A stretch of 19,152 nucleotides of DNA from Paramicrosporidium saccamoebae KSL3. Lineage: Eukaryota; Fungi; Cryptomycota. A program made the position numbers and the translations under genes. The stretch is from positions 2,979 through 22,130 of the forward strand of contig MTSL01000085.1 of assembly GCA_002794465.1 (NCBI GenBank), read 5' to 3'. Shown here piece by piece: positions 8,169 through 18,024 of this stretch (positions within the stretch are counted from its first letter, which is position 1; each line of letters begins with the position of its first letter). A model generated the notes under the pieces. The model was not told the DNA's origin and ran no database searches. It saw nothing but the letters and a program-made list of their open reading frames with translations.

Positions 8169-8993
8169 CTACTCTTCTTCAGCGGCAGGAGGCGAAGTGC
8201 TGGAGCCAGTGCGACTGCCCATCATTCCCTCCATCCTACACGTCAAATCACTTTAAACATTTACATTGATGCAAGGTTGGGATTGCTCATCATATTTCGC
8301 ATGGCCTCTGGATTGCCCATCATTTGTGCAGCCATGTTCATAATTTCTGGATTGTTCATCAACGATGCAAAATCCATCGGTGGCGTGCCTGGATTCTTGG
8401 CTGCCGGTTTGCTCTTCTTCCGTGCCTGCTCGATAGCACTCATATAGCTTGCATTGTCCGGCTCCAGCTCAGACGCCTTGGTGTATGCCTCAACAGCCTT
8501 GTCTACATTCCCAACCCCCAAATACGCAGCTCCAAGCCGACCGTAAGCTTTAGCATAGCGAGGATTCAAGGTGATGGCGGCCAGACCATCCTCAATGGCG
8601 CTGTCGTAATCCTCCTGCATTGTAAAGGCGGCCGCTCTGTTGCTGTAATAGACGGCATTTGACGAGTCCAACTCGATAGCCTTTGTGTACTCATCCGCAG
8701 CGTCCAGCGCACGTTTTGCAGAAAGATGCACATTTCCTGCGTTCTTATGCTCCTCTGCAGCCGCCTTGCAGCCCTCATTGGCGACGCCAGTAGAAATGGT
8801 AAGAGACGGTGCAGCAGAAATGGATGCGGGAGAGATACTGTAGGCTTGTTTGATGCACGATGCAGCCACTACCATTAGTGCATTCCCGAATAATACCTTG
8901 AAGACCTTCTTTTTGCACTCCATCAACTAGAGCTACCTCTCCTTCAAGGAACTTGACAATGGCTGCCACTAAGACTGTATTGGACTGGCGCAT
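8169..8993 (-). CDS. SGT2: Sgt2/SGTA TPR co-chaperone of the GET pathway, 255 aa
   Basis: Exons 8993-8897, 8868-8265, 8235-8169 (768 nt); introns 8896-8869 (28 nt) and 8264-8236 (29 nt). Dimerisation helix VAAIVKFLEGE...KEGLQVAASCIKQAY; three TPRs (AEEHKNAGN...AVYYSNRAAA...KAYGRLG); Met/Asn/Pro-rich DP domain. Confidence 0.93.
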
Positions 8994-9025
8994 AACGATA
9001 AATCCAATTAGCATTAACCTCAAGT

Positions 9026-9822
9026 TTATTTGGTACAATCGATCAAGGAGCGCAATAGGGTACTGCTGAGCTTTGACTCGGCGATTCCGTGAACATGGAT
9101 GTTTATCAGATCGACAATGACGAGCTCGAGCTCAGGGATGCCATTCTCTTTCCTAATTCGATTAACTAAACAATGATTTGTGGGATAAGAGTCATACTGG
9201 CCCGACCGCCGTCTATGGTTTCGTGGGAGACTACGAGGGCATTGATGCCTTTGATTATCGTTGTGGGTCCATACGGATCTGTCAGCTTTACCGTCTCAAT
9301 GGTAATGTGAGATGGAGCAAAGGCACTTAGAAAGGTTTGGACATTTTGTGCACGCTTTGCCCACGATTCGATACGCTCCTTAAAGTGTTTCTGCTTCAAC
9401 ATGTCGCCCTCATCTGTGATCCCTACGACAATCCGTTCCGTGGCTAGCAGTGCAGCAACCGACAGCATCAGTTTGTGCCCCGCGTGGAGATGATCAAAAG
9501 TTCCACCGATAGCAACCACTGGATACTGACTTGTCCTGTACTCCCTTAGAGTTTGTGGTGGAGAGGACAGAGATGGGAGGGTTATATTAAGCCCATCCGA
9601 ATGGCAGTAACGGGGTGGAAGAAGCACTTGGACGTCTAGGCTTGGTTTTCGTATGGTGAGCATGGCATTTGTTAGCTGTTGATATGTTTCCTTGAGAAAT
9701 GCATAAGGAGTGGCCAGGTTGTCGCACTTTCCGACATTGGCCACCACAAGGACGAGTTGTTTGTGGGAATTGCTGACCAACTCTTCCACCACATCCAATG
9801 TCATAATAATATCTTCTGTCAT
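9026..9822 (-). CDS. CAB4: Stand-alone phosphopantetheine adenylyltransferase (CoA biosynthesis), 254 aa
   Basis: Exons 9822-9198 and 9165-9026; intron 9197-9166 (32 nt). GGTFDHLHAGH (HxGH), DPYGP, LVVSHET, and after splicing INRIRKENG...KLSSTLLR. Confidence 0.9.
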
Positions 9823-9881
9823 CGCCAAATAGCCCTAAAGTTCCCCACTGCTCTCCCTCGCAACCCCAGCGCAATTAAACA

Positions 9882-11310
9882 ATGACGAGCAAACGCCTTT
9901 ACCTGCGACTTGTTCCGCAGCTTCAGAGCTACTCCACCAAGGTTCGATTGATGGCAGTATTGTTGATGAGTCTATAGAGCCTGAAGGAGCGGATGGCGGA
10001 GATTATCCCGGGTCGGAGGGAGGAGATAAAGGCACTGAAGGCGGAGCATGGCAACAAGTCCTTGGGAGAGGTAACTGTTAACATGGCCTATGGTGGAATG
10101 CGTGGAATCAAAGGTCTAATTTATGAAACATCTCTGCTCGATGCAGAGGAAGTACGGATTGACGACGATTGGTGATTGTTAGGGAATTCGGTTCCGGGGA
10201 CTGACCATCCCAGAATGTCGTGAGAAGCTTCCCAAGGCATCAGGTGGCGAGGAGCCGTTGCCAGAGGGTCTCTTTTATTTACTGATGACAGGAGAAGTGC
10301 CCACAACGGATCAAGTAAAGTTGATTTCAGAGGATTGGAAGTTGCGTGCCCAAACACCACTTCCCTCCTATCTTGTAGAGCTACTCAGCAAAAACGTTCC
10401 CAAGACACTCCACCCAATGTCCCAGCTTACAATGGCAGTCATGGCGCTACAGGAGCGCAGTCTATTTGCCCGTGCATATGGAGAGGGCAAAATTAACAAG
10501 AACAATATGTGGGAGTATGCCTTTGAAGATGTAAACAATCTTATTGCTGTGCTCCCACAAGTAGCGGCACTGATCTATCGGACACGTTATGGTAAAAAGG
10601 CCGCTGACTCGAATGTGTCAGATTGGGCAGGCCGATTTGCAGGAGAATTGGGATTTACCGATGCAAAGTTTACGGAATTGCTGCGTCTGTACTTGTCGAT
10701 CCACACAGACCATGAGGGCGGAAATGTAAGTGCTCATACCGTTAAATTAGTGGGAAGTGCATTATCAGATCCTTATCTTTCCTTTGCGGCCGGTGTCAAC
10801 GGACTGGCAGGTCCGCTCCATGGTCTTGCTAATCAAGAAGTACTCCAATGGATGCTCAAGTTGCGTCGTGAAGTAGGCGATTCGCCCTCCGATCAGCAAA
10901 TTACCGATTATCTTTGGACCACCCTGAAGGCAGGCCAAGTGGTACCCGGGTTTGGACATGCCGTGCTTCGAAAAACTGATCCGCGATATCTCTGTCAACG
11001 ACAATTTGCCCAGAAACATTTACCCGCCGATCCATTGTTCCGTCTGACCTCTCAAATCTACGAAATTGCGCCCCGTGTGCTCGAGGAACATGGCAAGACC
11101 AAGAATCCATGGCCCAACGTGGATGCCCACAGCGGAGTTTTGTTGCAGCATTACGGGCTGGTGGAGCAGGATTACTACACAGTGCTCTTTGCCGTTTCCA
11201 GAGCACTAGGTGCATTATCAGGTCTTATTTGGGATCGTGCATTGGCATTCCCGATTGAGAGACCAAAAAGTCTTACTACAGAGGCCGTAAAGAAGTTGGT
11301 GGGTGCGTGA
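9882..11310 (+). CDS. CIT1: Mitochondrial citrate synthase, 453 aa
   Basis: Exons 9882-9941, 9978-10151, 10183-11310; introns 9942-9977 (36 nt) and 10152-10182 (31 nt). Motifs [71 protein letters not shown]. Confidence 0.97.
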
Positions 11311-11844
11311 ATTGAAATAGTAGCTGTAGTAACACTGAGTGCACGCGCATTATAAAAACTGTGTAGCTGACTGTATTTAAAGCATACACGCTACATAAAT
11401 TGTGTACTTGACACCGCAAGCATATAACAGCATTTTTTGATTGTCAGCGTAAGGCTATGCTGAGATCCAAAGCAACCAACAGAATCTTCAGGGTCAAGTT
11501 TATCTCAACAAGTCGGGTGATATGGATAATCCAAGCTGGGCATTATTATTAACAGCTGCGTGATTGGCACAGATGCAGACATAGACGTGCCGATAGGAAC
11601 ACCAACAGAATCAAGGACAGCAATACAAGAGCAGATACACTGATTGAAAAGAAAAATAAGCAGATTGATAAGAACACTGACAGAATATGCAAAATGACAT
11701 ACAGACTGAAAAATAGGCCCAAAAGCAGGCAAAAATATAAACATCCACGTACCAGCAAGGACACCATGACGGGCATTATCAGGAGAGTTGACAGTACCAT
11801 CAAAGACTAAAGTAATTACCGTTGTAACGTTGGCGCCAAGTCCG

Positions 11845-13729
11845 ATGCCTTCTGTCAATGACACGCCCCGTGTCTCCCGTGCTACCGGCACTCCAAAAAG
11901 CGGCAAGTCTAATAAGCGATACGAATTCAGTGCGCCCCAATATTACGATTTTGGTGGCCCTTCTCCCGATGTTGGTAAATCAGAATCTTGGTTTGGTACC
12001 GTTTAAATGTTCTATTAATGATGTAGATAAACCGCATTCTACCCAGCCCACACCGAAAAGTGCAAAGAGTCGTAATAGTGTCACTCCTCGAAGTGATGGA
12101 AAGTCGCCCGGCGTCCCCGCCACTGTAACCCAGAACCGCAAGGGATGGAGCCGGAATAGCGAAGCCCGCAATTCTCACGAATTTATGGAAAGCGGACAGT
12201 CGCCCACCCTTATTGGTGCCGACAAGCGGAAATCTGACAATATCTTTGACCCGGAACCATCGCCCAAGACGCGTAAACAGGCCTCTTATGAGAAATTGTT
12301 CGAAATGACTCGGAGGGAGAAGCCAAGACAGGTTGCGACGCTTGGACGCGTAAGGACGCCAGATAAAGCTATGATTGTCAAGATGAAAACTGCGGCCCCT
12401 CTGCTACCTACGCGATCTACAAAGCCTCTGACCATGCCGGTGGAATTTAATCTCTCCAGTAGGACCAGGTCGGAGAAGAGAGTTAGTTTCGAGCTGCCGA
12501 GGCAAAAGAGCATAAAGGGACCCTTGGCTGCAGTCAAAGCATCAGAGGTGGCATGGGAAACAAAACTAATGTTTTTAGAAAAAGTTGACAGTTCCCGAGT
12601 CCCCAAAGCTCATGACAAAACTTCGTCAAAAACCTACCTTGTCGTACACAGTCCTAATTTTTCCCTAATATTAGGAGTGCGGAAGCAAATTTCGCCAAGC
12701 CGTTTGTAGCAAAGCCGGTTGACTCTAGAATGATTTACGGAGCTGGTAATTTTGGCGTTCCCCATGTGAAAAAGACAAAGATTACTGTTCCGGTAGACTT
12801 TCACTTTTCCACCACTGCCAGATCGAAAGCAATCTCTACATCCCCCTTTACAACCACAGAGTCTATTCCAGAACGAAAGAGGGAAATGAAGTTGACCGTC
12901 CCAATGTCTCCCAATCTCAGTAAGCCAACCAGACGAATCGCTCGAGAGCAGAATTCGGAAGATCACCCCGAAACATTCAAGGCTCGACCCGCGCCCCATT
13001 CCAAGCCATTTGTTCCCGTAATCCAACACTATAGAACTGAACCGCATCCCATTCGATTTCCTGGTGACGCCATTACAACGGAAAAACGAAAAAGATTTCA
13101 GGAAACATTGAAGCGTGAACGGGAAGCTGCCGAAGAAGCCAGAAAATTCCACGCCCGGCCAGCTCCTCATTTCGAACCGGACCATTTCACTGTATCTCGT
13201 GACTTGAGATTGAACTAATTTCTAGGGCGTTCCAGAACCTAAATTACGTCCATTGACAAAGCCCGAGCCATTCATGCTGCAATCAGATTTGCGGTACGAA
13301 CAACATCAAGCTGCATTGCACGAACGGCTCATAGAAGAAGAGGAACGAATGAAAGACGAACGCGAGTTCCAAGCGAGGCCTGCACCTCATTCAATGCCCT
13401 TTTATCCCAAAAAATCTACAAAACCTCTAACTCAGCCCGCAGATGTAATGTTACACTCTTCCGTACGCGCAGGCCAGCGTCGTCACTTTGATGAGCAACT
13501 TCGCATAAAAGAAGAAGAAATGGCGGACGTTGAAAATCAACAGTCCCACCTACGGATGGAGCGAGAAAAGGAAGAATTGCGCGAATTGCGAAAAAGCCTA
13601 GTGCCTAAAGCACAGCCGATTCATCATTACGCTCCCGTGCAACTAAAGCCGTCAGAAAAACCGTTGACCATTCCCCGCTCACCAGCCCTCCAAACTAGTA
13701 TGAGATTGCGTAAGCACCAAAATGAATAG
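11845..13729 (+). CDS. TPX2: TPX2-like spindle assembly factor, 585 aa
   Basis: Joins four track ORFs: exons 11845-11995, 12027-12547, 12579-12643, 12675-13191, 13226-13729 (1758 nt); introns of 31, 31, 31 and 34 nt. N-terminal YEFSAPQYYDF...ESWF; repeated LTxPxxPxL/F and FxARP motifs; importin-region KITVPVDFHFSTTAR; C-terminal LRKSLVPKAQPI...KPLTIPRSPAL. Confidence 0.85.
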
Positions 13730-13742
13730 CATTGTTTTTGTT

Positions 13743-13784
13743 GTGTATAGTGCGTGGTGTATGGTGCAGGGTGTGGGGCGTAGG
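13743..13784. repeat. 3 x 14-bp degenerate G/T-rich tandem repeat
   Basis: gtgtatagtgcgtg / gtgtatggtgcagg / gtgtggggcgtagg (11/14 and 10/14 identity between neighbours). Confidence 0.6.
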
Positions 13785-14090
13785 GGCCCTTTTTGCATAT
13801 AGGAACTATATTATCACGCACGCTTAACGAGAGCTGTTTTTGTGGGGTATAATATCTTTTATAGAGTGAATCCTTTCGTCTGACTATGCTCTAAATAGAA
13901 TTTGTCACCTCTTGAACACAAATTGCTTCACCGCGCGTCAGTAGCCATTCCTCGATCGTTTATCTTTTGTTGTATCTTGCCCATACATTTCACCATTCTC
14001 CCATTGTTTCCCCTCGCTCATAAACCCTCCATTGAAGAGCTTTTTGTAGTTAATGCGTAAAGTTATTTTTGGCGCCGAGTCTATCATCAC

Positions 14091-15547
14091 ATGCAGGAAC
14101 CATCCAAGCAGAGTTTGGAAAAGTCGGCAGCTTTGAAGCTCCGGATGGAGGGATACTATCAATCCATTGTACAGCAAGCCAAGGAACGCGAATCACGGTA
14201 CAGCTTTGCAAAATACCAACAACGGTAGGAGTTTGAAATTTGAGGAACGCGTCACGGACCTGTCCCACGATAAACGCAAATGGCATGAACAGCAATTTCG
14301 CAAGAAAGAGTCGGATTTTCTGCGCGCCAGGCGGATTCGCATTTGCGCCGACGATTTTAGGACACTGCAAGTTATCGGAAAGGGCGCGTTTGGGACAGTG
14401 CGGCTCGTGCAAAAGATTGACAATGGAAAGTTGTACGCAATGAAGGTGATGAGAAAGACTGAGATGATTAAGCACGATCAGGTATATCGGGTCGTTGTGG
14501 CTTGATGGATTGTAGCTGGCTCACATCAAAGCGGAGAGGGACTTGCTGGCAGAGAGTGAATCGCCGTGGGTGGTCCAACTGTATTACTCATTCCAAGATA
14601 ACAATTATCTGTATCTCATCATGGAATATCTTCCTGGGGGCGACATGATGAGTCTGTTAATCAAATTGGACATTTTCCCAGAGGACATGTGCAGATTTTA
14701 CATGGCCGAGTGCGTCCTGGCCATTGATTCGGTCCATAAACTGGGCTTTGTGCATCGTGACATTAAGCCCGACAATATTCTGTTCGATTCGAGGGGACAC
14801 GTCAAGCTCACTGACTTTGGACTGTCAACTGGATTTCATAAAACTCACGATTCCGTCTACTACCAGAAACTGCTCAAAGGCCTCAGCAGCAAATCGAGGG
14901 CAAGCAAGAGCGGATCGGAGGAATTGCTGGACAGCAAAAAAATTGATCTGACATTGTCGAATCGTGATAGTCTCGGCACTTGGAAGAAGAACCGACGGCA
15001 GCTTGCGTATTCTACCGTAGGCACACCAGATTACATTGCTCCCGAGGTATTCCAAAATCGAGGCTATGGGAAAGAGTGCGACTGGTGGTCATTGGGGGCC
15101 ATTATGTTTGAAATGCTGGTTGGCTATCCCCCCTTTTGCTCTGAGAGTCACACGGAAACTTACCAAAAAATTCTACGCTGGAAGGAGTACTTGGTGTTCC
15201 CGTCAGAAGCGTTCATCAGTCCGGCAGCGGAAAATCTAGTGAGAAGATTAATGTGTGATGCAGAGCACCGACTTGGAAGACTAGGTGCAGATGAGATCAA
15301 GCAGCATCCCTTCTTTGCCGGCATTGACTGGGAGAACATTCGGTGTGAAAATGCGCCATTTATCCCGAAACTTCGGTCAATGGCAGATACTTCGCATTTT
15401 CCCGTTGAAGATGTCCAGGCTGCCCTACATGATCCTCCTCCCAGTGCCCAGCCTGAATCTGGAACATTGGTGCGTCAAAAGGATCTAGCATTTGTGGGGT
15501 ACACATACCGTCGATTTGAGACGTTGGCCCGCCATCAAGCACTGTAA
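14091..15547 (+). CDS. CBK1: NDR/LATS-family kinase (Cbk1/Orb6/Cot-1 type), 463 aa
   Basis: Exons 14091-14197, 14229-14481, 14516-15547; introns of 31 and 34 nt. MOB-binding NTR ([10 protein letters not shown]), [24 protein letters not shown] with long insert, [14 protein letters not shown], hydrophobic motif AFVGYTY. Confidence 0.95.
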
Positions 15548-16022
15548 ATAACCGATTGTGTAGGAGAGACTGATAAACAGTATCCGCTTACGACTGGTAA
15601 TCCTAATAGCTATCCCACAATCGGGCGGGGAAAGGGCAAAGGCGTCACATACTTTAGCAAATACATACTTGTGGGGTTAGTAACAAGACCCTTTATTCCT
15701 GATCCGTAGTTATATTATAACACAATGCTCTCACGCATGAGAAAGGTCTGTTAGGCAGCATCCGCCCGCGGTTGGTGAGCAAGATAGCTATTCCATTAAT
15801 CTTAGTGAGAATGATGGTATAGAAAGGCGCCTTTAATAAAAATATCCTCTCGCTCGTCAGCACAAAGTCTCAATCTCGGATTGTGATTAATACAGTGTAG
15901 GGATGATAAAGAGTTACGACTTTCAATACCACGGTCAATGTGGCGGTCAACATTACGTCAATATCCTAGCCAATATCGCCGATGGCGTTTTCTTTTTCTA
16001 ATTTATTCATGCAAATGCTAAT

Positions 16023-16587
16023 TTAGTAAGGAGTAAAATGTGCTCGGCGTGAGCGAGAACCGCGGGCGCGACCACCACGGGCACGTCCACGTCCGCGTCC
16101 CCTCGCGTTAAAACCAGGAACATTGGTCCGCTTCGAGGTGACCTTGATCAGCCTATTTCTAAACAGCGACTCGTTCAAAGCCATGGCGTTTGCCACATGC
16201 GCCGGGTCGGCAAATTCCACATATGCGTAGCCTTTGGGCTGACCGCTCCAGCGGTCACATAGGATGGTGATCCGGTTGATGGTCCCGCAGGCTTGGAAAT
16301 GCGCCTGCAGCTCCTCTGGCGTCGCTGCGTAATCCACATTTCCAACGTACACGGACCGGGCGTCTGTCTCGGCTGAATTTCCAAACTCGAGACCAGCCAT
16401 AGTCATTTCCTTCTCGACTTGAGCCTGCATTTCGCGCAGCTTGGCTGCCTCCTCCTCCATCTCCTTGACTCGACGCTTCATCGCTTCTAGTTCCTAGAGG
16501 TTAGATATGTGGGAGGAGTACGGGATCCTCGTCGTATTCGGGCATGGCGAGGTCTTCCTCAGTCACTTTTTGTTTCTCCTCTGCCAT
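16023..16587 (-). CDS. PAB2: Nuclear poly(A)-binding protein PABPN1/Pab2, 178 aa
   Basis: Exons 16587-16522 and 16493-16023; intron 16521-16494 (28 nt). [21 protein letters not shown] coiled coil; RRM ([17 protein letters not shown]); RG-rich tail ending in FTPY. Confidence 0.95.
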
Positions 16588-16740
16588 TGTCTCCTCCTCC
16601 CCGGGGTGCTACCGCGCAATATATATAAAGGTGGGGATTATGAAAAAGTACAAGGAACCTATGAGAGTGTAAACTTGTACATGTAGCTACGAGAGAGAAT
16701 GGCTCGAATGGCCACTCTGGGTTTTGATTTTATAATTTAT

Positions 16741-16922
16741 AAATGTGTGTCCTAGAAACCAAGGAGCGTCATCACGTCCAACGACCCAACTCTCAGAGAA
16801 CACTGGAGTATGTCTGCAGGTGCCAAAACGACCACCACAGACTTCCTTCCTCTCACATCCTTGTAACAGAGCACCGTCACGGATGTCACACAAGGTGGAC
16901 GGGCTCCTGACTTAAGGAAGTG
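16741..16922 (-). ncRNA. SNORA74: H/ACA snoRNA, U19/SNORA74/snR191 homologue (guides the two conserved helix-69 pseudouridines)
   Basis: 5' hairpin: lower stem 16922-16914/16862-16854, upper stem 16906-16898/16878-16869, pocket AAGUCA/GUUAC, 15 nt from H box AGAGGA (16853-16848). An extra hairpin follows (16842-16812). 3' hairpin: lower stem 16803-16797/16753-16747, pocket GAGAGU/UGGUU, 15 nt from ACA (16746-16744) plus 3 nt. Both pockets pair with conserved LSU H69 GUAACUAUGACUCUC. Confidence 0.85.
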
Positions 16923-16944
16923 TAAAGTCGACCCTGGCCATCTC

Positions 16945-16952
16945 CTTTTATA
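16945..16952 (-). promoter_or_regulatory. TATA box of the snoRNA gene
   Basis: TATAAAAG, whose first T lies 30 nt upstream of the first base of the snoRNA 5' stem; it is 20 nt downstream of the COQ2 stop. Confidence 0.65.
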
Positions 16953-16971
16953 CTCTTTGACAGCTCCATGT

Positions 16972-17904
16972 TTATAGAAACGGCCTGAAGGAAACTAAAT
17001 GGGCAATTTCGTAGGGAATTGCCGCGTCTAGAAGGATCCCCGCAAACACAATGGCGCCGAGCCACCGATTTGATTTGAATTTGGAAAGACAATCGGCTAC
17101 ATTATGGGGCCGAAGGGTGTAAATCTGCCATGTCATGTGTACGGCCGCACCGGCAATACCGGCATAGTAGAATAATGACATTCCTTGCTGCATCCCTGCA
17201 ACGACGAACGAGCTGATGGAGACGGCCGCAAATCCGCACAGCCATCGCTTTACGTTCCCGCCGAATCGGATGGCCGTCGACTTGACGCCAACCTGCAGAT
17301 CGTCTTTAATGTCCTGAAGGGCGTATATGGTGTCATAGAGCATTGTCCAGGAAATGCCAGCCAAGTAAAGAGGCAGGACAACGGGTAATTGGAGGGTACC
17401 GGTTTGCGCTGTCCAGCCCAATAATACTCCCCAATTGAATGTGAGACCAAGGACGAATTGAGGCCAGTATGTGACACGCTTCATTAGCGGATACAACGCC
17501 ACAGGTAGCAGAGATGCAGCGCCGACAGCAACACTTGTCCAATTCAACTGCAGTAGAATGACAAGTCCCACTGATAACTGCGCACCCAAAAACACCACTG
17601 CCTGACGGGTGCTCAGCCTCCCCGCTGGTAACGGCCTTTTTCGCGTCCTCTCGACAAGTGCATCAATCCGTTGATCCCATAGGTCGTTTATTGTACACCC
17701 TGCCCCACGCATTACCACCGCTCCCGTGGCAAATAGCGCTAATAGAGGCAAGCTGACGGGCGGAGTAAAGGCGAGTGACCAGGCAGAGGGCCAAAAGAGC
17801 AGCCAGGAGCCGATGGGCTTATCGAGGCGCATCAAATCTGTGTAGGGATGCATGCGACGGAAAAGGGGGCGGTTCCAGAGCGCCATGATGGGATACCGTA
17901 TCAT
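16972..17904 (-). CDS. COQ2: 4-hydroxybenzoate polyprenyltransferase (UbiA family)
   Basis: LMRLDKPIGSWLLFWP, RGAGCTINDLWDQRIDALVERTRKRPLPAG, YPLMKRVTYWPQ, YDTIYALQDIKDD, KSTA; intronless. Confidence 0.97.
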   Translation of the reverse strand: MIRYPIMALWNRPLFRRMHPYTDLMRLDKPIGSWLLFWPSAWSLAFTPPVSLPLLALFATGAVVMRGAGCTINDLWDQRIDALVERTRKRPLPAGRLSTRQAVVFLGAQLSVGLVILLQLNWTSVAVGAASLLPVALYPLMKRVTYWPQFVLGLTFNWGVLLGWTAQTGTLQLPVVLPLYLAGISWTMLYDTIYALQDIKDDLQVGVKSTAIRFGGNVKRWLCGFAAVSISSFVVAGMQQGMSLFYYAGIAGAAVHMTWQIYTLRPHNVADCLSKFKSNRWLGAIVFAGILLDAAIPYEIAHLVSFRPFL

Positions 17905-18024
17905 CCCGGTCCACTCTGCACCAAGCCGGGATGCTACAGACTAGAAGACAGATGCTTGTTTGTGATAATATAATTGTATTGCATGCACAATTCCTCAAAT
18001 ATTTGCCTTAATAGGTAGTAGGTG

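Noticed and set aside
9122-9133. 12-bp palindrome GAGCTCGAGCTC
   Set aside because: Lies in CAB4 exon 2 and encodes ELEL; explained by coding.
15741-15750. RNase P CR-I-like word GAAAGGTCTG
   Set aside because: No downstream CAGAC/CR-V partner for the P4 helix on that strand.
961-16620. GCGCAAT as a shared promoter motif (961, 9050, 9869, 16614)
   Set aside because: At least four more copies lie in coding sequence (313, 1974, 11065, 13576), orientation is inconsistent and the selection was post hoc.
16748-16761. 14-nt identity (from memory) to yeast 18S ES6, suggesting snR30/U17
   Set aside because: No m1 motif and wrong ACA spacing on the plus strand; the segment is explained as the U19 3' pocket and lower stem on the minus strand.
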